From an uncultured Acidobacteriota bacterium (GTDB taxonomy: Bacteria > Acidobacteriota > Blastocatellia > RBC074): a stretch of 64,000 bases of DNA. Below the pieces are notes generated by a model. The model saw nothing but the letters and a program-made list of their open reading frames with translations, did not search any database and was not told the origin of the DNA. The DNA is taken from contig CAWCKY010000003.1 of assembly GCA_963796275.1 (NCBI GenBank), positions 544,001 to 608,000 of the forward strand, given 5' to 3'. Positions 61,682 to 64,000 of this stretch are shown here, one piece after another. A program made the position numbers and the translations under genes. Each line of letters starts with the position of its first letter. Positions within the stretch are counted from its first letter, which is position 1.

Positions 61682-62863
61682 TCAGGCGGCATGTTTCAGA
61701 TCGTTTTTGTTCAGATACCCGATAAGCAGACCGTCCGAATCGACTACCGCGAGGTAACCGAGGTTGTTTATTTTCAATTTCTGTTCCGCATGCTCGATCG
61801 ATGCGCGCGCAGTGACGAAGAGATCATCCGCGATCGGTTCCATTACTTCGCCTACTCTTACTTGTTCCCATTTATCCTTCGGCACTTCCCGTAGACGTCC
61901 TAGTGATAGAATGCCGTGCAGGCGACCGTCGCGCGCTACCGGGAAATTGGCCAGTCGATTGGACGAGAGCACCTGATCGATAAATTCGCTTATTCTCAGC
62001 TCTGGTGCCACGCTTACTGCAGGCGTGGTCATAACGGCTCCCACCGTCCCGGTGATGTTCCATTCCGATCGGGTTGCTTGGCTCGCATTTTCACGCGCGC
62101 GCATTTGCTCGCGATGACGATAATCGCTATTGGCCGCGGTTTTGAGAAACATTCCGATGATGAACAACCATACGGCTGCCAGGAAATCCCTCCAGATAGT
62201 GCCGCGAAAAACTCCATAAATAACCAGAAAAACGCTGTACGACATCAGTATGTAGGCGATTCCCACGCCCATCTTCTTGGCGGTGCGGGTGGCAGCTAGA
62301 ATGTCTTTGCTGCGGTGCCATAGGATAGCGCGCAGCGCACGTCCGCCATCGAGTGGCAGTCCGGGTAGGAGATTGAATATCGCGAGGAACATATTGGCAT
62401 AGGCCAGGTAATAACAAGCCTCGGTTGCACCTTCGATCAACCAGGCATCGGAATCGGCCCATTTCAATCCAAACAAAAAAACTAAAAACATGAAACCCAA
62501 CAAGAACGAGCTGACCGGTCCGGCAATCGCCACCCGGAATTCTGCCATTGCCGTGTGAGGCTCACCGATCATACGCGCCCAGCCGCCGAAAATGTGAAGC
62601 TGGATATCCTGGATGCGGATGCCTTCAAGCCGCGCGATGATCGAGTGTGCCAGTTCGTGAACCAGCACCGAACCGAAAAATAGAGCTGTGATTACGGTAC
62701 CGAGCAGAAAGTTCTGCCAGGATGGCAACGGCGGATTGATCGAGGTCGGAAGCCAGTAGCGCGCCATCAGCCAGATGTGTAAGAAGGCGATGGGTGGCCA
62801 ACTATAATCGATAATCAGAGGTATCCCGAGAACGCGAGCCAGTTGGAATTGTCGGAAACGCAT
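61682..62863 (-). CDS. site-2 protease (M50) with CBS pair
   Basis: HELAH, NLLPGLPLDGG, two C-terminal CBS motifs. Confidence 0.92.
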   Translation of the reverse strand: MRFRQFQLARVLGIPLIIDYSWPPIAFLHIWLMARYWLPTSINPPLPSWQNFLLGTVITALFFGSVLVHELAHSIIARLEGIRIQDIQLHIFGGWARMIGEPHTAMAEFRVAIAGPVSSFLLGFMFLVFLFGLKWADSDAWLIEGATEACYYLAYANMFLAIFNLLPGLPLDGGRALRAILWHRSKDILAATRTAKKMGVGIAYILMSYSVFLVIYGVFRGTIWRDFLAAVWLFIIGMFLKTAANSDYRHREQMRARENASQATRSEWNITGTVGAVMTTPAVSVAPELRISEFIDQVLSSNRLANFPVARDGRLHGILSLGRLREVPKDKWEQVRVGEVMEPIADDLFVTARASIEHAEQKLKINNLGYLAVVDSDGLLIGYLNKNDLKHAA

Positions 62864-62905
62864 AGCCGAATGATAGCAGAGGAATAGGAAATTTGTATTC
62901 AATCT

Positions 62906-63538
62906 TCAGTCAGAGACGAAGCCTCTGATGGCCTGCGCCAATTCATGCGCGTGATCGTCGAAAAAATGGCCCGCGCCCTCGATCCGAACGAGGCGGTATT
63001 TGCTGGAGGAGGGCAGCGCGTTCAAAAACTCGGTCAGCGGTCCAAGCGGCGCCAGTTCGTCTTCAGCGCCGTGAATGAATAGCTTCGGTTTTTCACAGTC
63101 GCTCAAGAAATCGAGGTTGCCCATACGAGCCGGAACGCCGATAGCGATCAACCGTTGGACGCGCACATCCGAACAACCGAGACGCAAGCCAATGATCGAA
63201 CCGAATGAGAAACCGGCGACGATCACCTCTCGTGCGCGCGGCTGATCATTGATCAGATAGTCGAGCGCAATCACAGCATCCTCATATTCCCCCTGGCCAT
63301 CGGCGTATTCCCCCGTGCTCGCGCCAACGCCGCGGAAGTTGAAACGCAAAGTTTCAAAGCCGGATTCCTGCAGCGCTTTGGCAGCCCGGAAGACGACTTT
63401 GTTGTGCATCGTGCCTCCAAACTTGGGGTGCGGATGCAGGACAAGCGCTACGCGTTCGGCCGGCTCGCCAGTCGGGCGATAAATCGCTTCGAGCCTCCCG
63501 TGCGGCGCAGGTATGAATAGATTTCCGGCAGGATACAT
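62906..63538 (-). CDS. alpha/beta hydrolase
   Basis: HPHP..GGTM.NKVV, RFNFRGVG.S.G, GFSFG, GHFF. Confidence 0.92.
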   Translation of the reverse strand: MYPAGNLFIPAPHGRLEAIYRPTGEPAERVALVLHPHPKFGGTMHNKVVFRAAKALQESGFETLRFNFRGVGASTGEYADGQGEYEDAVIALDYLINDQPRAREVIVAGFSFGSIIGLRLGCSDVRVQRLIAIGVPARMGNLDFLSDCEKPKLFIHGAEDELAPLGPLTEFLNALPSSSKYRLVRIEGAGHFFDDHAHELAQAIRGFVSD

Positions 63539-63622
63539 AAAGAATTGATAATTGATAACCGATAGTTGATAGTAAATAAATAGTTGCCAGTGTATATGAA
63601 CTATCGATATCTCGATTGATTC

Positions 63623-64000
63623 CTAATTTCGCAGTAACACCTTTAACATACCGGGTTGTTGAGCTTCAGCCATGGCCGCAACCCCATGAGCGAGATCGAA
63701 TTCGCGAGCGATCAGCGGCTCTACATCGACGGCGCCGGACTCGAGGAGCTCCAGAGCACTTTCAAATCGCCCGCACCTCGACCCTACGATGGTGATTTCA
63801 TCGACGACCACGCGGGAGGTATCGAGTTGCACCCCTCCATGAAAAGTCGATTTCAGCACTATTGTCCCGCGCGGTCGAGTCAGATCGAGTGCGAGATTCA
63901 ATCCGCTCGATGCTCCGCTCGCTTCGATGACCACATCGAATCGGTTCGCCGTATCGATCGTCATTCGGTCCGATGCGATTGTGCTAATCCCCGCATCTGA
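63623..64000 (-). CDS. zinc-dependent alcohol dehydrogenase (MDR), C-terminal part, 5' partial
   Basis: FDVVIEASG, RPRGTIVLKST, GSRCG, KVLL. Confidence 0.85.
   Translation of the reverse strand, partial: SDAGISTIASDRMTIDTANRFDVVIEASGASSGLNLALDLTRPRGTIVLKSTFHGGVQLDTSRVVVDEITIVGSRCGRFESALELLESGAVDVEPLIAREFDLAHGVAAMAEAQQPGMLKVLLRN

Overview
A mostly housekeeping, gene-dense chromosomal segment whose gene content suggests an Acidobacteriota/Blastocatellia-like diderm (inference). It contains cdaA-cdaR-glmM, tldD-pmbA, ubiE, dppBC, pheA-aroF, rplU-rpmA-obgE-nadD-rsfS-rlmH-dksA, eda-kdgK, ggt, lnt, thiE, truB, a multiply frameshifted prkA-yhbH, two EutN/CcmL pentamer genes and tRNA-Ala(GGC). The most interesting signals are non-coding or very small. 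(1) Two tandem SAM-II-like aptamers, each followed by its own intrinsic terminator, precede an SDR / threonine-synthase-like / sulfur-carrier operon, a candidate sulfur-carrier-dependent homocysteine pathway. (2) An unannotated Phe/Tyr/Trp-rich leader peptide attenuator precedes pheA-aroF. (3) A 92-aa protein with an encapsulation-peptide-like helix and a Cys4 tail is coupled to the BMC pentamer genes. (4) A PAP2 gene carries a truncated integron attC site. (5) There is a MITE with REP-like palindromes, and many inverted heptamer-repeat arrays lie at gene junctions. The left 1.7 kb looks like a mobile-element remnant. All calls come from reading motifs by eye; no database searches were run.
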